Numbered from the stretch's first letter, positions 1 to 8,994 are shown. The stretch is DNA of 29,282 nucleotides from Clostridia bacterium (GCA_008668455.1 RQCD01000091.1:1-29282), one strand, 5' to 3'. Made by a program: numbers and translations. The notes: generated by a model not told the origin, from the letters alone.

Positions 1-37
1 GACGTAATCCGTCACTTAAAATTAATAAAACTTTCAT
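1..37 (-). CDS. Alkaline phosphatase / phosphodiesterase family protein, N-terminus only (runs off the window)
   Basis: The minus strand reads AGGAG RBS, then ATG at 37: MKVLLILSDGLR. This resembles the N-terminal 'hhhhDGhRPD' metal-binding strand of the AP superfamily. Only 12 codons are visible. Confidence 0.6.
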   Translation of the reverse strand, partial: MKVLLILSDGLR

Positions 38-50
38 TTCGGATGCTCCT

Positions 51-896
51 TTAAAAATATTTTTCTTTCAAGGATTCAAAGTTTTCTGCGATGTCCTTTA
101 GGGTATAGGGAACGTCCCGATCCCATCCTTTGCTGACCTCATACATAAAGACACCTTGATAATCCAATTCCTCAAGCTTTTGAAAAATCATGCCCCAGTC
201 GTTCACACCGTCGAGCGGAAGCCGGTGCTTTTCATCAATCGCATCATAGTCGGACGCATGAATGGTTCGAATGCGACCGTGCAGCTTGTGTTTGATCAGC
301 TGCTCCAGAAATTCGCCGTTTGCCTGCCGGGTCAGATGGTTGGTATCAAAGCACAGCATAAGCTCCGGAATTGCATCTAAAAACGCGATAATGTCATCCG
401 AATGGTTGCCAAGACAGGTGCGCGGAAGATCCTCCACGGCTAATACTGCTCCTAAAGATTGACACAGGTCTGATAAAATTTTCAGATTCTGAATTGCACG
501 CGCCATTTTTGCAGCGCGTTCCTCCTCTTTGTTCGGTTCGGAGGACGGATGTACCACAATGGTTTTAATTCCAATTTCAGTTGCACGGCGAATGCATTCC
601 TGCATGATTTCCATTGCCTTTTGGTTCTTTTCTTCCTCTAAATTTGCCGGGTGCAGCTCCGGTCCGAACGGAACGTGAAAGGACCAGAAGGTGACCCCAT
701 GCTGCCCGGCAAGCTGTCGGATTCTTTGTGGATTCTCGAAAAATCCGTCCTTTACAAGATCCTCATAATTTCTGGAAAGCTCTGCATAGGAAATTCCGCT
801 TTCCTGATAATGCAGAAAGCCCTGCTCGTTCATGCCGTCCTGTACCTCGAAAATACAGGTGCTTGCGCCCAATTTCCATTGGTGTCGGTCTGTCAT
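51..896 (-). CDS. Sugar phosphate isomerase/epimerase (xylose-isomerase-like TIM barrel, AP_endonuc_2)
   Basis: Motifs SFHVPF, IVVHP, LAVEDLP, CFDTNH, IHASD..D.H..P.DG..DW and FMYEV. Start moved to the ATG at 896, which has an AAGGAG RBS. Confidence 0.88.
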   Translation of the reverse strand: MTDRHQWKLGASTCIFEVQDGMNEQGFLHYQESGISYAELSRNYEDLVKDGFFENPQRIRQLAGQHGVTFWSFHVPFGPELHPANLEEEKNQKAMEIMQECIRRATEIGIKTIVVHPSSEPNKEEERAAKMARAIQNLKILSDLCQSLGAVLAVEDLPRTCLGNHSDDIIAFLDAIPELMLCFDTNHLTRQANGEFLEQLIKHKLHGRIRTIHASDYDAIDEKHRLPLDGVNDWGMIFQKLEELDYQGVFMYEVSKGWDRDVPYTLKDIAENFESLKEKYF

Positions 897-946
897 AATA
901 AATCTCCTTTGTTTTAAAATCCACATAAACACAAATTTACAAGGCT

Positions 947-975
947 ATTATAACACGCATATCCACATATGTCAA
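947..975 (-). promoter_or_regulatory. Sigma-A promoter for the isomerase operon
   Basis: Perfect TTGACA (975-970), 17 bp spacer, TATAAT (952-947), with a TG extension. Confidence 0.85.
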
Positions 976-992
976 GGAAAAATAAAAAAATC

Positions 993-1021
993 TTGACAGA
1001 AAAAAATTGATATGATACAAT
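993..1021 (+). promoter_or_regulatory. Sigma-A promoter for the GH32 gene
   Basis: TTGACA (993-998), 17 bp spacer, TACAAT (1016-1021), with a TG extension. Confidence 0.8.
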
Positions 1022-1052
1022 AGAAAAAAAGTAAAAAACAGGGAGAGATTGT

Positions 1053-2522
1053 ATGAAGTATAAGGGCAGCTATTTTAATATGTGGGACGCGTGGTTTTTG
1101 AATGATCATGAGACAATTCATGCGTTTCACCTGAAAGCGCACGACGGGGAAAACTGGAATGTGGGGCATGTTTACACAGAGGATTTACTGCATTTTAAGA
1201 AAATGTGCGATGTTCTGGAAACCCTGCCGGAGGAGAAATACCCGGATGACTGTTTAGGAAAGTTTACCGGGTGTGCAGTGGAAAAGGACGGTGTGTACTA
1301 TCTTTTCTACACTATGCGCGACCGGATTCGTTCCGAAAAGATCGGACTTGCAATTTCGCACGATTTAGAGCATTTTGAAGAATATGAGCATAACCCGGTG
1401 CTTGTGCCGGACGAGAACATTTTTGCGGTTTATCCGAAAGGACAAAAAACAGATTTCCGGGATTTGCATGTCGTTTTTGATGAGGAGAGAGGAAAGTATC
1501 TTGGCTATTTCGCGGCAATGGCGAATATTCCGGGGCGCGGAGAACTGGGTGTGGTCGGCATGACGGAAAGCGCCGATCTGATCCATTGGGAAAATCAGAA
1601 GATTGTCTATGTGCCGGAGTTTAACGGTGTGGTAGAAGTGCCGAACATTTTTAAGCTGGACGGGAAATGGTATCTGACGCTTTTGACCGGAACGCAATAT
1701 GGTGCAAAAGGCGCAGTTTCCGACCCGAATATCAGCTGGTTCACCATCTGGGCATCTGCCGATTCGCCGGACGGTCCGTTTTTATCAAGTCCGGATAACA
1801 TCTTTCTTGGCAGTACTATGGAGGGCGGCTATACCTGCCGCTGCTTTGACTATCACGGAAAAACCTATGTGATGTATATTGACCGGAGCGAATATGGCGC
1901 ATCTATTTCTTTGCCGAAAGAGGTTCGTGTAGTGGATGAAAAAATTGTACCCTGCTATACCGATATTCTGCAAAAGCTCCGTACCGGAAAGAGTTGGAAT
2001 CAGTTCACCTTTGACCGTGTTCCGACTGCGTGGGCATGGGGTGCAGTTGTTGCAGGAACGGTTTCTTCTGATCAGAAGACTGTCAGAATTGAGGGAGTTC
2101 CAAATAGTTTTCAGGCATTCCAAATGCGCGACGTTTCTGCTGGATCACTGGAGACGGAATTTACCCTGTCCGGAGATTTTTCCGAGGCCGGTTTGGTATT
2201 CTATTGTTCGGATCAGCCGCTCAAAAATACAAAAGAATGCTTTGGAAAGGAGCATACCATATCGCTTGATCGCAAAAATCAGCGGTTTGTGCTATATGAA
2301 AACAGTCTGACCCCGGTTTGCTGCCGTAACTTTGATTTCACAAAAAAAGATCAATGGCATATTCGTGTGCTTGCTATGGAGGGACAGTTAGAGGTCTATG
2401 TGGATGATGTTCTTCTGATGCAGAGAGGGTTAAAGACGGAAAAATGCATCTCTGCCGGATTGTTTGCGTTTGACGGAAGAGCAGAATTTAGAGATTTGAA
2501 GATTTATGAATTAGAGCAATAA
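1053..2522 (+). CDS. Glycoside hydrolase family 32-like (clan GH-J five-bladed propeller plus C-terminal beta-sandwich), cytoplasmic
   Basis: MWDAW nucleophile region, TEDLLHF, FTGCAV, DFRD, SADLIHW and VVEVP acid/base. C-terminal 'HIRVL...LEVYVDD' sandwich. No signal peptide. Confidence 0.82.
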   Translation: MKYKGSYFNMWDAWFLNDHETIHAFHLKAHDGENWNVGHVYTEDLLHFKKMCDVLETLPEEKYPDDCLGKFTGCAVEKDGVYYLFYTMRDRIRSEKIGLAISHDLEHFEEYEHNPVLVPDENIFAVYPKGQKTDFRDLHVVFDEERGKYLGYFAAMANIPGRGELGVVGMTESADLIHWENQKIVYVPEFNGVVEVPNIFKLDGKWYLTLLTGTQYGAKGAVSDPNISWFTIWASADSPDGPFLSSPDNIFLGSTMEGGYTCRCFDYHGKTYVMYIDRSEYGASISLPKEVRVVDEKIVPCYTDILQKLRTGKSWNQFTFDRVPTAWAWGAVVAGTVSSDQKTVRIEGVPNSFQAFQMRDVSAGSLETEFTLSGDFSEAGLVFYCSDQPLKNTKECFGKEHTISLDRKNQRFVLYENSLTPVCCRNFDFTKKDQWHIRVLAMEGQLEVYVDDVLLMQRGLKTEKCISAGLFAFDGRAEFRDLKIYELEQ

Positions 2523-2558
2523 AAAGTCGCGAAGCATTGTGAAAGCTCCGCGATTTTT
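2521..2558. terminator. Bidirectional intrinsic terminator
   Basis: aaaaagtcgcgaagc ... gctccgcgattttt imperfect hairpin flanked by A and T tracts, between convergent genes. Confidence 0.7.
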
Positions 2559-2562
2559 CTAT

Positions 2563-5250
2563 TTATTTGTTAATCCATGCTGCCGGAAAGAGGGGTACTC
2601 CTGCCGGGGTAAGGATCAGGTAGTAGGGGGCAGCGTTTTGTGCTATCCATTCGATTGCCGGGGCAAGGGAGGTATTGTCTGTTTTTTTCGGGTCTGTTTT
2701 TGCAGATGAACCGGCAGAGGACGATCCCATGCTGCCGCCGCTCCACTTTTTAGAGCTGGCATCCTGGGTGTAGTCAACGGTGTAATAAAGCTTTACCCGG
2801 TCGCCGCTTTTTAACACATAGTCACTGATGCCAACCTCCGGAGCATTTCCGTTTACCGTATACATCCAGCCGCTTTTTGAACCCTTGTCTAATTGTGCAA
2901 GCGTTTCGCCGTCCTTGGTAACCGAGGTAATATATCCTTTCTCAAGCCCCTTGGAGCTCATATTTGCCTCTTTGAATGCCTTTTGGAGCAGCGCTGCAAC
3001 GGTTGCGCCCTCCGGCATGGTGTAGCTGTCGGACAGCCAGTCGGATTCATGCGTGGAAACGGTGCAGAATACGGTCATTTCAGAATCGGATTCTCCCGGT
3101 GTTTCCGGCTGATCCTTAGAATCGTCCGAAAGTCCGTCGTCGGTTGCTGCTGCAAACGGCTTTAAGACTTTCGGAACGGTAACGGCTGTACCGCCCTTGG
3201 AGACTTGTGTATACACATTGAAGGAATCGCAGCTTTTCAGCTGTTCTAACACAAGCAATGCACGGAAACCCTGTTCAGTGGCAAGCGCACGCGCCTTGTC
3301 GCCCTGCGTTCCGGATACATAGGAGGTGGTGAAGCCGTCCATAGAATCACTTGCATAGAGCATCACTGCATCTGCAAGCGTTCCGCCGGATTTCTGAAAG
3401 CGTGTATCCTTTGCCGGATTGATTCCTGTTGCTGCAAGACCGATAATCACCATTGCGTCGGTGTTAATATTGCCGAATGAGCCATTCTCGCCCTGTGCCT
3501 GGCTTAAACCGTTGACTGCCTTTTCGGTAAATGCCTGAACGGACGGATCGTCCGAAAAGCGTGCAAGCGCTGCAAGCGCCGTTCCGGTGGTATCGGCATC
3601 GTCATATTTTTCATTTCCCCAGACGGAGAAGAACAATCCGTTTTCACCCTGTGCGTCCAAAAGCAGCCGGAGCATAGCCTTTTGCTGTTCGGATGTAAGT
3701 GTTATCTGTCCTGCCTCCTCCGCTAAAAGAATCCACGGAGCGGCATAGTAGCTTGAACCGAGGTTCATGCTTTGCAGCTTTTCCGGATTGCTGTAGGTTT
3801 CGCCCTGATAGGGAGTCAGGCTGGTGGTATCAATATTAAGTGCAGAAAGAATGATTTCTGCCTTTGCCCGGTCGGAGGAGAGCGGTGTGTTTTTAGAAAG
3901 CTGATTTGCAATTTTATTCTGATAGCCTGCATAATCGGTGCTGTTTTTACCAAAACCAAGCGTTTCATAGACTGCCATATCAAATACAACCCATTCCTCC
4001 GCGCTGTTCTGATAGGTGTTTGCAATGCGGTGCATAAGCTCTGTTTTTGCATTGGAGGACGGATAGATCAGAATGGTGATCGGCTTGCGGATGGATGCAC
4101 CCTTTTCGTTTGTCCATTGCAGTGTTGCCGTTTCGGTTACCGCCTGACCGGATGTGTTTTGTTTTGCCAGGGTGATCTGATCCGCATAAAAGGTGAGGTA
4201 GCCATGCTTGATATCTTTTTTTCCCTGACTGCAAAGAACGGAAATTCCCTGGGAAACGGTTTGACCGTCTTTCAGATAGGAAATGGAATCGCCGACTGCA
4301 GCATCGGAGGAAACCGAAATCACAGACGCAGTCTTTTGTGCCTCGGACAAAAGCTGATCGTCCAGGTCAGCAGAACCGGTATAGGTGTTGTTTCCGCTGT
4401 TGGTGGTGTCGGTAACCGTACCATTTCCCCAAAGCCGTCCGACCTTGCCGGATGCGCCGACAAGTGTTCCGTTTGACGCACAGTCGGAAATGAGGGGAGA
4501 ATAATCGCCCGTGCTGCTGCCTGCCTGCCCTAAAAGACCGCCGGCATAAATACCCGGTGCATACACCGTTCCGTTATTCGTGCAGCCGGAAAGCTGAACG
4601 CAGTTTTTATTTGAGCCGACCAGACCGCCGGCGAACGTATTATTGTAGCTGCCGGTTACCATAACTGTTCCGTTATTGACGCAGTTTTCTAAAACCATGC
4701 GGATATTTTCGTATCGGTATTCGATTCCGTCGTCATAGCCGCCGATCAGACCGCCGATCCCCTCGCAGCCTCTTGCCAGGGCGGAAACAGACGCTTCATT
4801 CGTGCAGTTTTTTAAAGTCACATTTCCTCTTGCACGCGCAGAAAGACCGCCGACATACGCATAAGGCTCGGAGCAGTAAATTTCGCCGCGGATTGTCAGA
4901 TTTTCAACTGCTGCGTTCTCTAAGCAGCCAAAAAATCCAAAGTAGCTAAGCGACGGATCGTCTACAGTCACCGTCACGCTGTAGCCGTTTCCGTCAAAAA
5001 TGCCGCGATAGGGGAACATGCTATTTTTTCCGAGCGGTGTCCAGGAATCCGGAATGACCAGATCGTTTTCCAGTTCTATCATGGCATCAGCGTTGTTACC
5101 GTTGTTAATTTCTTTTGCAAGTGAGGCTAATTCCTCTGCCGTTTTGATGTGATAGGTGTTTGCTTCTGCAAACACAGGAATGGTAAAAAGGCTAAACGTG
5201 ATTGAAAGAGTGGTGAGCCAGCCTGCAAGCTTTTGGATTTTTCGTTTCAT
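2563..5250 (-). CDS. Secreted GLUG-like / prenyltransferase-like alpha-barrel / DUF4430 protein, putative cobalamin-binding surface protein
   Basis: Signal peptide (PVFA-E). GLUG-type N-terminus (WTPLG, GIFDGNGY, VGGL, IGGLIG). Barrel repeats (DADTTGTALAAL, QGENGSFGNINTDAMVIIGL, ATEQGFRAL). DUF4430 motif (GYITSV...SGWMYTVNG...LKSGDRVKLYYT). Lies downstream of a B12 riboswitch. Confidence 0.8.
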   Translation of the reverse strand: MKRKIQKLAGWLTTLSITFSLFTIPVFAEANTYHIKTAEELASLAKEINNGNNADAMIELENDLVIPDSWTPLGKNSMFPYRGIFDGNGYSVTVTVDDPSLSYFGFFGCLENAAVENLTIRGEIYCSEPYAYVGGLSARARGNVTLKNCTNEASVSALARGCEGIGGLIGGYDDGIEYRYENIRMVLENCVNNGTVMVTGSYNNTFAGGLVGSNKNCVQLSGCTNNGTVYAPGIYAGGLLGQAGSSTGDYSPLISDCASNGTLVGASGKVGRLWGNGTVTDTTNSGNNTYTGSADLDDQLLSEAQKTASVISVSSDAAVGDSISYLKDGQTVSQGISVLCSQGKKDIKHGYLTFYADQITLAKQNTSGQAVTETATLQWTNEKGASIRKPITILIYPSSNAKTELMHRIANTYQNSAEEWVVFDMAVYETLGFGKNSTDYAGYQNKIANQLSKNTPLSSDRAKAEIILSALNIDTTSLTPYQGETYSNPEKLQSMNLGSSYYAAPWILLAEEAGQITLTSEQQKAMLRLLLDAQGENGLFFSVWGNEKYDDADTTGTALAALARFSDDPSVQAFTEKAVNGLSQAQGENGSFGNINTDAMVIIGLAATGINPAKDTRFQKSGGTLADAVMLYASDSMDGFTTSYVSGTQGDKARALATEQGFRALLVLEQLKSCDSFNVYTQVSKGGTAVTVPKVLKPFAAATDDGLSDDSKDQPETPGESDSEMTVFCTVSTHESDWLSDSYTMPEGATVAALLQKAFKEANMSSKGLEKGYITSVTKDGETLAQLDKGSKSGWMYTVNGNAPEVGISDYVLKSGDRVKLYYTVDYTQDASSKKWSGGSMGSSSAGSSAKTDPKKTDNTSLAPAIEWIAQNAAPYYLILTPAGVPLFPAAWINK

Positions 5251-5267
5251 GAGTTTTCTTTCCTTTC

Positions 5268-6539
5268 TTATTTGGTTGCCGCCGGGGTGAGCGGATGCAG
5301 TGTTTCCGGAGAATCAAGCAGCATTGCGCGAACTGTGTCCGCACCGTCTGTCACAAAAGCGGAGGGCGCTGTCACGGTTGTTTCGCCGGCGGTAAAGGTG
5401 TTTTTTATCATAGCGGCGCTTTTGAGAGTCTTTCCCTTATATGCCGCAAAGATCACATAATAAGTCCCGTCCTCTGCCGCAGAAACAACGGCATTGTTTC
5501 CGGAAAAGGATATGCCCCAGTCCGGCGCAGTCTCTGCTCTTTTCGGAACAGGATATCCGTTAAATTCTCCCGGACGGATTTCAAAGATGTCCGATTTTAA
5601 CACTTTTTCCGGTAGTTCTGCGGTTTTGTAGCCTGTGATGCCGGTAACGGAGGAGTAGCCTTTGTTCAGGGTGTCCGTATAGCTGTTTTTCTGACTGTCA
5701 TAATATACATTTTGGCAAGTCAGCTCCGATAGTTCTGATATATTGTGCGTGATAATGCGTTTTTTTCCTGAACCGCTGAGTTTTCCGGCATAGTAGCTGT
5801 TATTCAGATGAAGTTTTGCGTCCTTGCTGGGAGCATATCCGATAATTCCGCATACCGTTCCATTTGAGAGGTTCCCCAAAATGGCGCTGTTGGATAAATC
5901 CAGAGTACAGTAATAGCCAACGTATCCTAAAATACCGCCTGCATAACCGGAGGATGAACCGCTGATGGTAACGCTGCTTACGCAGCTTTGAACGGTTAGA
6001 GAGCTGTCCTGATTGATCATTCCGGACACTCCTCCGACCAGTGCGCCAATGTATAGCTGACTCCCGGAGGAGATCGAAATATTGCCGGTAACTGTACACT
6101 GATCCACTGCGGCAGTATGACCGTCCGGAATGAATCCGGCAATCGTGCCAACATAGCTGAATCCGCAGCTGCCTTCTTCTATAGTGATGTTTTCTAAATT
6201 CAGATTTGTAACCGTCCCGGTCAGTTCACCGATTAAGCCGGTGTTATATGTTGTACCCCAGTTTCCGGTTTTTCCGGCAAGCTTTAGATTGGAAATCGTA
6301 TGTCCGCCGCCATCGAACGTTCCGGCAAGGCTCGGAATCAGATATTGTTCCGCATTCATGCCAGAGAGGTCAAGGTCGGCGCAAAGCCGGACGGAACCGA
6401 CCGATTCCTGTTCTTTGAGCGCGAATAAATCCTCCTTGGATTTGATTTCATAGACGCTTGTCTCCTGGGCAAATGCCGGGAGGGTGTTTAAAATACTTCC
6501 TGCTGCCAGTACCAGGGCGGCAATCTTTTGACATTTCAT
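5268..6539 (-). CDS. Secreted GLUG-motif-like beta-helix protein with a small C-terminal beta domain
   Basis: Signal peptide (PAFA-Q). Motifs GTFDGGGHTISNL, TGLIG, YVGTIAG, YIGALVG, YAGGILG and NVYYD. Start moved to the ATG at 6539, behind AAAGGA. Confidence 0.75.
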   Translation of the reverse strand: MKCQKIAALVLAAGSILNTLPAFAQETSVYEIKSKEDLFALKEQESVGSVRLCADLDLSGMNAEQYLIPSLAGTFDGGGHTISNLKLAGKTGNWGTTYNTGLIGELTGTVTNLNLENITIEEGSCGFSYVGTIAGFIPDGHTAAVDQCTVTGNISISSGSQLYIGALVGGVSGMINQDSSLTVQSCVSSVTISGSSSGYAGGILGYVGYYCTLDLSNSAILGNLSNGTVCGIIGYAPSKDAKLHLNNSYYAGKLSGSGKKRIITHNISELSELTCQNVYYDSQKNSYTDTLNKGYSSVTGITGYKTAELPEKVLKSDIFEIRPGEFNGYPVPKRAETAPDWGISFSGNNAVVSAAEDGTYYVIFAAYKGKTLKSAAMIKNTFTAGETTVTAPSAFVTDGADTVRAMLLDSPETLHPLTPAATK

Positions 6540-6580
6540 TATTTTACCATTCCTTTCTTCTTTTAAAAAATGTCGCGCAA

Positions 6581-6610
6581 ACAAAAAGCAGCAACCCAAA
6601 AAGGGTTGCC
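6581..6610 (-). terminator. Leader terminator (riboswitch expression platform)
   Basis: Minus strand GCAACCC-TTTTT-GGGTTGC followed by TGCTTTTGTTT, between the aptamer and the first start codon. Confidence 0.65.
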
Positions 6611-6694
6611 ACAGCAGTTATTTCTGTGCGCACCGCAAAAAACAGACGCAGCTGTCTCTATTGCCTCTGCGAAAGCACGCTTTACAAGGCAACA

Positions 6695-6890
6695 TCAAAG
6701 CAGGTCTTCTGACTCCGATCCTATCAAAATGCGTCTCTTTTCAAGCCTTCTCAGTTTCCCAATGACCGGCTTTCGCCAAAGAAAAAAGACATTCAGACCG
6801 ATACAGCGACTGGTATCGTCCGGGATTCTCACCCGGTTCCCTTTTCACGCAAAGCGCCCCAAACGGGCTGCCTGCGCACTTTGTTTGCAT
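6695..6890 (-). ncRNA. Cobalamin (AdoCbl) riboswitch
   Basis: The minus strand has AAAAGGGAAccGGGTGagAATCCCgg, CGCTGTA, CATTGGGAAACTGAGAAGG and the B12 box GAGTCAGAAGACCTGC, in canonical order. Confidence 0.95.
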
Positions 6891-6894
6891 TTAT

Positions 6895-6923
6895 AGTATA
6901 CCACAAAATTTTCCGGATGTAAA
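6895..6923 (-). promoter_or_regulatory. Sigma-A promoter driving the riboswitch leader
   Basis: TTTACA (6923-6918), 17 bp spacer, TATACT (6900-6895) with a TG extension, immediately 5' of the aptamer. Confidence 0.75.
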
Positions 6924-6926
6924 GAC

Positions 6927-6975
6927 ATAATTAAACAATTGATCTTACGATAATTAAACAATTGATCTTACGATA
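6927..6975. repeat. Perfect 23-bp tandem duplication
   Basis: ATAATTAAACAATTGATCTTACG at 6927-6949 and 6950-6972, followed by ATA. Confidence 0.95.
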
Positions 6976-7012
6976 GCTTTGTTAGGCTCTGTAAGAACAT
7001 TCGCACCCAATT

Positions 7013-7045
7013 ATAAAAACCCGAACCGGCGGCTCGGGTTTTTAT
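7013..7045 (-). terminator. Intrinsic terminator of the Na/Pi cotransporter gene (bidirectional type)
   Basis: ATAAAAACCCGA-9 nt-TCGGGTTTTTAT perfect inverted repeat. Confidence 0.85.
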
Positions 7046-7113
7046 GATATTCTGACGCTTCAGTTTTTTTGCGGTAAAGCGAACCGGAGCATTTGGGCAG
7101 CCGGCAGCTCTTT

Positions 7114-8859
7114 TTAAACAGTATATTTTTTCTGATAGTTCTGATACAATTCGTCAAAATGATTTTTTCCGTGATATTTTACCTCATCCAGGTATGCATG
7201 TGTTTCCAGACTGTTTTTATCCATCTGGAGCATGCTTGCGGCTATGTTGGAGCAATGGTCGGCAATGCGTTCATAATTGGTGAGCAGATCGGAGAACACA
7301 AAGCCCATTTCAATGGTACACTGGTGATTCTTCAGACGCTCCACATGTCTTGTCTTTAACTCGCGGTTAATGCCGTCAATGACCTGCTCTAATGGCTCGG
7401 TTTTCTTTGCTAAAGCACGGTCACGGGTTAAAAATGCCTGGAACGTGTTTTCTACGATTTCCCGGATGGCTGCGGATTCCACCTGGACTTCCTTTTTTGC
7501 CGCATCGGAGAAAGAAATCTTCTTTGTCCGGATTTCGTCTGCTGTGGAAAGAAGATTGCAGGCATGGTCGCCGATTCGCTCAAAATCTCCGAGGCTGTGG
7601 AGCAGGAGAGAAACCTCGCGGCTGTCCTCATTGGTCAGGCTTTCCTGGCTGACCTTAACTAAGTAAGAGCCCAGCATATCCTCATAGCTGTCAATCATTT
7701 TTTCCGATTCCTGAATTTCTTCCGCGTCCTTGTCAGAGTACTGATCCAGTAAATTCATAGCTTTAAAAAGCATGTCCTTTGCAAGTTGAGCCATTTTGTT
7801 GGTTACCCTGGTGCATTCTCCGATCGCCACCGCCGGCGCTGCTAAGAGCCGCTCGTCTAAAGGCTGTGTTTCTTCCTGTGTCTGCTTATCCCGGATGACG
7901 AGGTATGCAAGCTTTTCCAGCTGCTTGCCAAACGGGAGCATAATTAAGGTTGAAAAGACATTAAAGGTTGTATGCACAATCGCAACCTGTGCCGGTGTGA
8001 TCCGGCTGTCAATAAACGAGAAATTCACAAAGAGCCGTGCTCCGTAAAAAAGAACAGAAAATGTGATTGCACCGATAATATTAAAGCATAAATGCACCAC
8101 AGCCGCCCGGCGTGCATTTTTATTTGCACCGATAGAGGACAGAATGGCGGTGACGCAGGTTCCGATGTTCTGACCGAGAATGATCGGAACAGCAGAGGAG
8201 AAGCGAACACTTCCGGTGGTTGCCAGCGCCTGGAGAATGCCGACCGACGCGGAGGAGCTTTGAATGATTCCGGTTAAGAGCGCACCCATCAAAATACCTA
8301 AAATCGGATTGGAGAATAGGAGCAGAATGCTTGCAAATTCCGGCACATCCGCTAAAGGCTGCACTGCTGCGGACATCATGTCCATGCCGGTAATCAGAAT
8401 CGCAAAGCCTAAAAAGATCGTACCAATATCCTTTTTCTTATGATTTTTGGAAAACATGTAGAGAATAATGCCGGCAACCGCCATGATGAGAGACAGGTTA
8501 GATGGCTTTAAAAGCGTGATAAAGAAATTATCGCTTTCCAGTCCCACAAGACTTAAAAGCCATGCGGTAACCGTTGTTCCGATATTTGCGCCCATGATAA
8601 TGCCAATCGACTGCGAAAGCTGCATAATGCCGGAATTGACAAAGCCGACCACCATAACGGTGGTTGCGGAGGAGCTTTGAATACTTGCTGTCACGCCTGC
8701 GCCTAAGAGGACGCTTTTGAGCGGATTAGAGGTCAGATTCTCTAAAATGGATTTTAATTTTCCGGCAGAGCTTCGTTCCAGACCGTCTCCCATCACGTTC
8801 ATACCGAAAAGAAAAATTGCCAAACCGCCTAAGAGCGATAGCACGGAAAAGATACTCAT
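7114..8859 (-). CDS. Na+/phosphate cotransporter (PNaS family) with C-terminal PhoU-like domains
   Basis: Two QSSSA repeats, GANIGTT and GQNIGTC, ERIGDHA and ERIADHCSNIA. Confidence 0.95.
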   Translation of the reverse strand: MSIFSVLSLLGGLAIFLFGMNVMGDGLERSSAGKLKSILENLTSNPLKSVLLGAGVTASIQSSSATTVMVVGFVNSGIMQLSQSIGIIMGANIGTTVTAWLLSLVGLESDNFFITLLKPSNLSLIMAVAGIILYMFSKNHKKKDIGTIFLGFAILITGMDMMSAAVQPLADVPEFASILLLFSNPILGILMGALLTGIIQSSSASVGILQALATTGSVRFSSAVPIILGQNIGTCVTAILSSIGANKNARRAAVVHLCFNIIGAITFSVLFYGARLFVNFSFIDSRITPAQVAIVHTTFNVFSTLIMLPFGKQLEKLAYLVIRDKQTQEETQPLDERLLAAPAVAIGECTRVTNKMAQLAKDMLFKAMNLLDQYSDKDAEEIQESEKMIDSYEDMLGSYLVKVSQESLTNEDSREVSLLLHSLGDFERIGDHACNLLSTADEIRTKKISFSDAAKKEVQVESAAIREIVENTFQAFLTRDRALAKKTEPLEQVIDGINRELKTRHVERLKNHQCTIEMGFVFSDLLTNYERIADHCSNIAASMLQMDKNSLETHAYLDEVKYHGKNHFDELYQNYQKKYTV

Positions 8860-8897
8860 ACATATACCTCTTTCTATAAAAAAATTATTCCAATTCT

Positions 8898-8961
8898 ATT
8901 ATATCGGCATTGTGTAAAATCTGCAAGCATTTTATGTTAAATTAATGTAAAATTTTGTGAA
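8898..8961 (-). promoter_or_regulatory. Promoter of the Na/Pi gene with Pho-box-like TTHACA repeats
   Basis: TTGCAG (8926-8921), 17 bp spacer, TATAAT (8903-8898). TTCACA, TTTACA, TTAACA and TTTACA at 8961, 8951, 8940 and 8918. Confidence 0.65.
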
Positions 8962-8994
8962 TTGTCAACCATATTAAATATAAAGGTTGACAAT
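8961..8994. promoter_or_regulatory. BirA operator
   Basis: ATTGTCAACC-N14-GGTTGACAAT perfect palindrome, matching the known BirA site geometry, upstream of bioY and overlapping its -35. Confidence 0.9.

Noticed and set aside
6570..6896. 108-aa plus-strand ORF and the other short antisense or overlapping ORFs in the track
   Set aside because: They are shadows of the riboswitch or of real genes, with no RBS or recognisable motifs.
6927..6975. 23-bp repeat as a CRISPR array
   Set aside because: There are only two adjacent units, with no spacer and no cas genes.
6976..7012. GGCTCTGT as an IS terminal repeat remnant
   Set aside because: No partner inverted repeat or transposase fragment was found.
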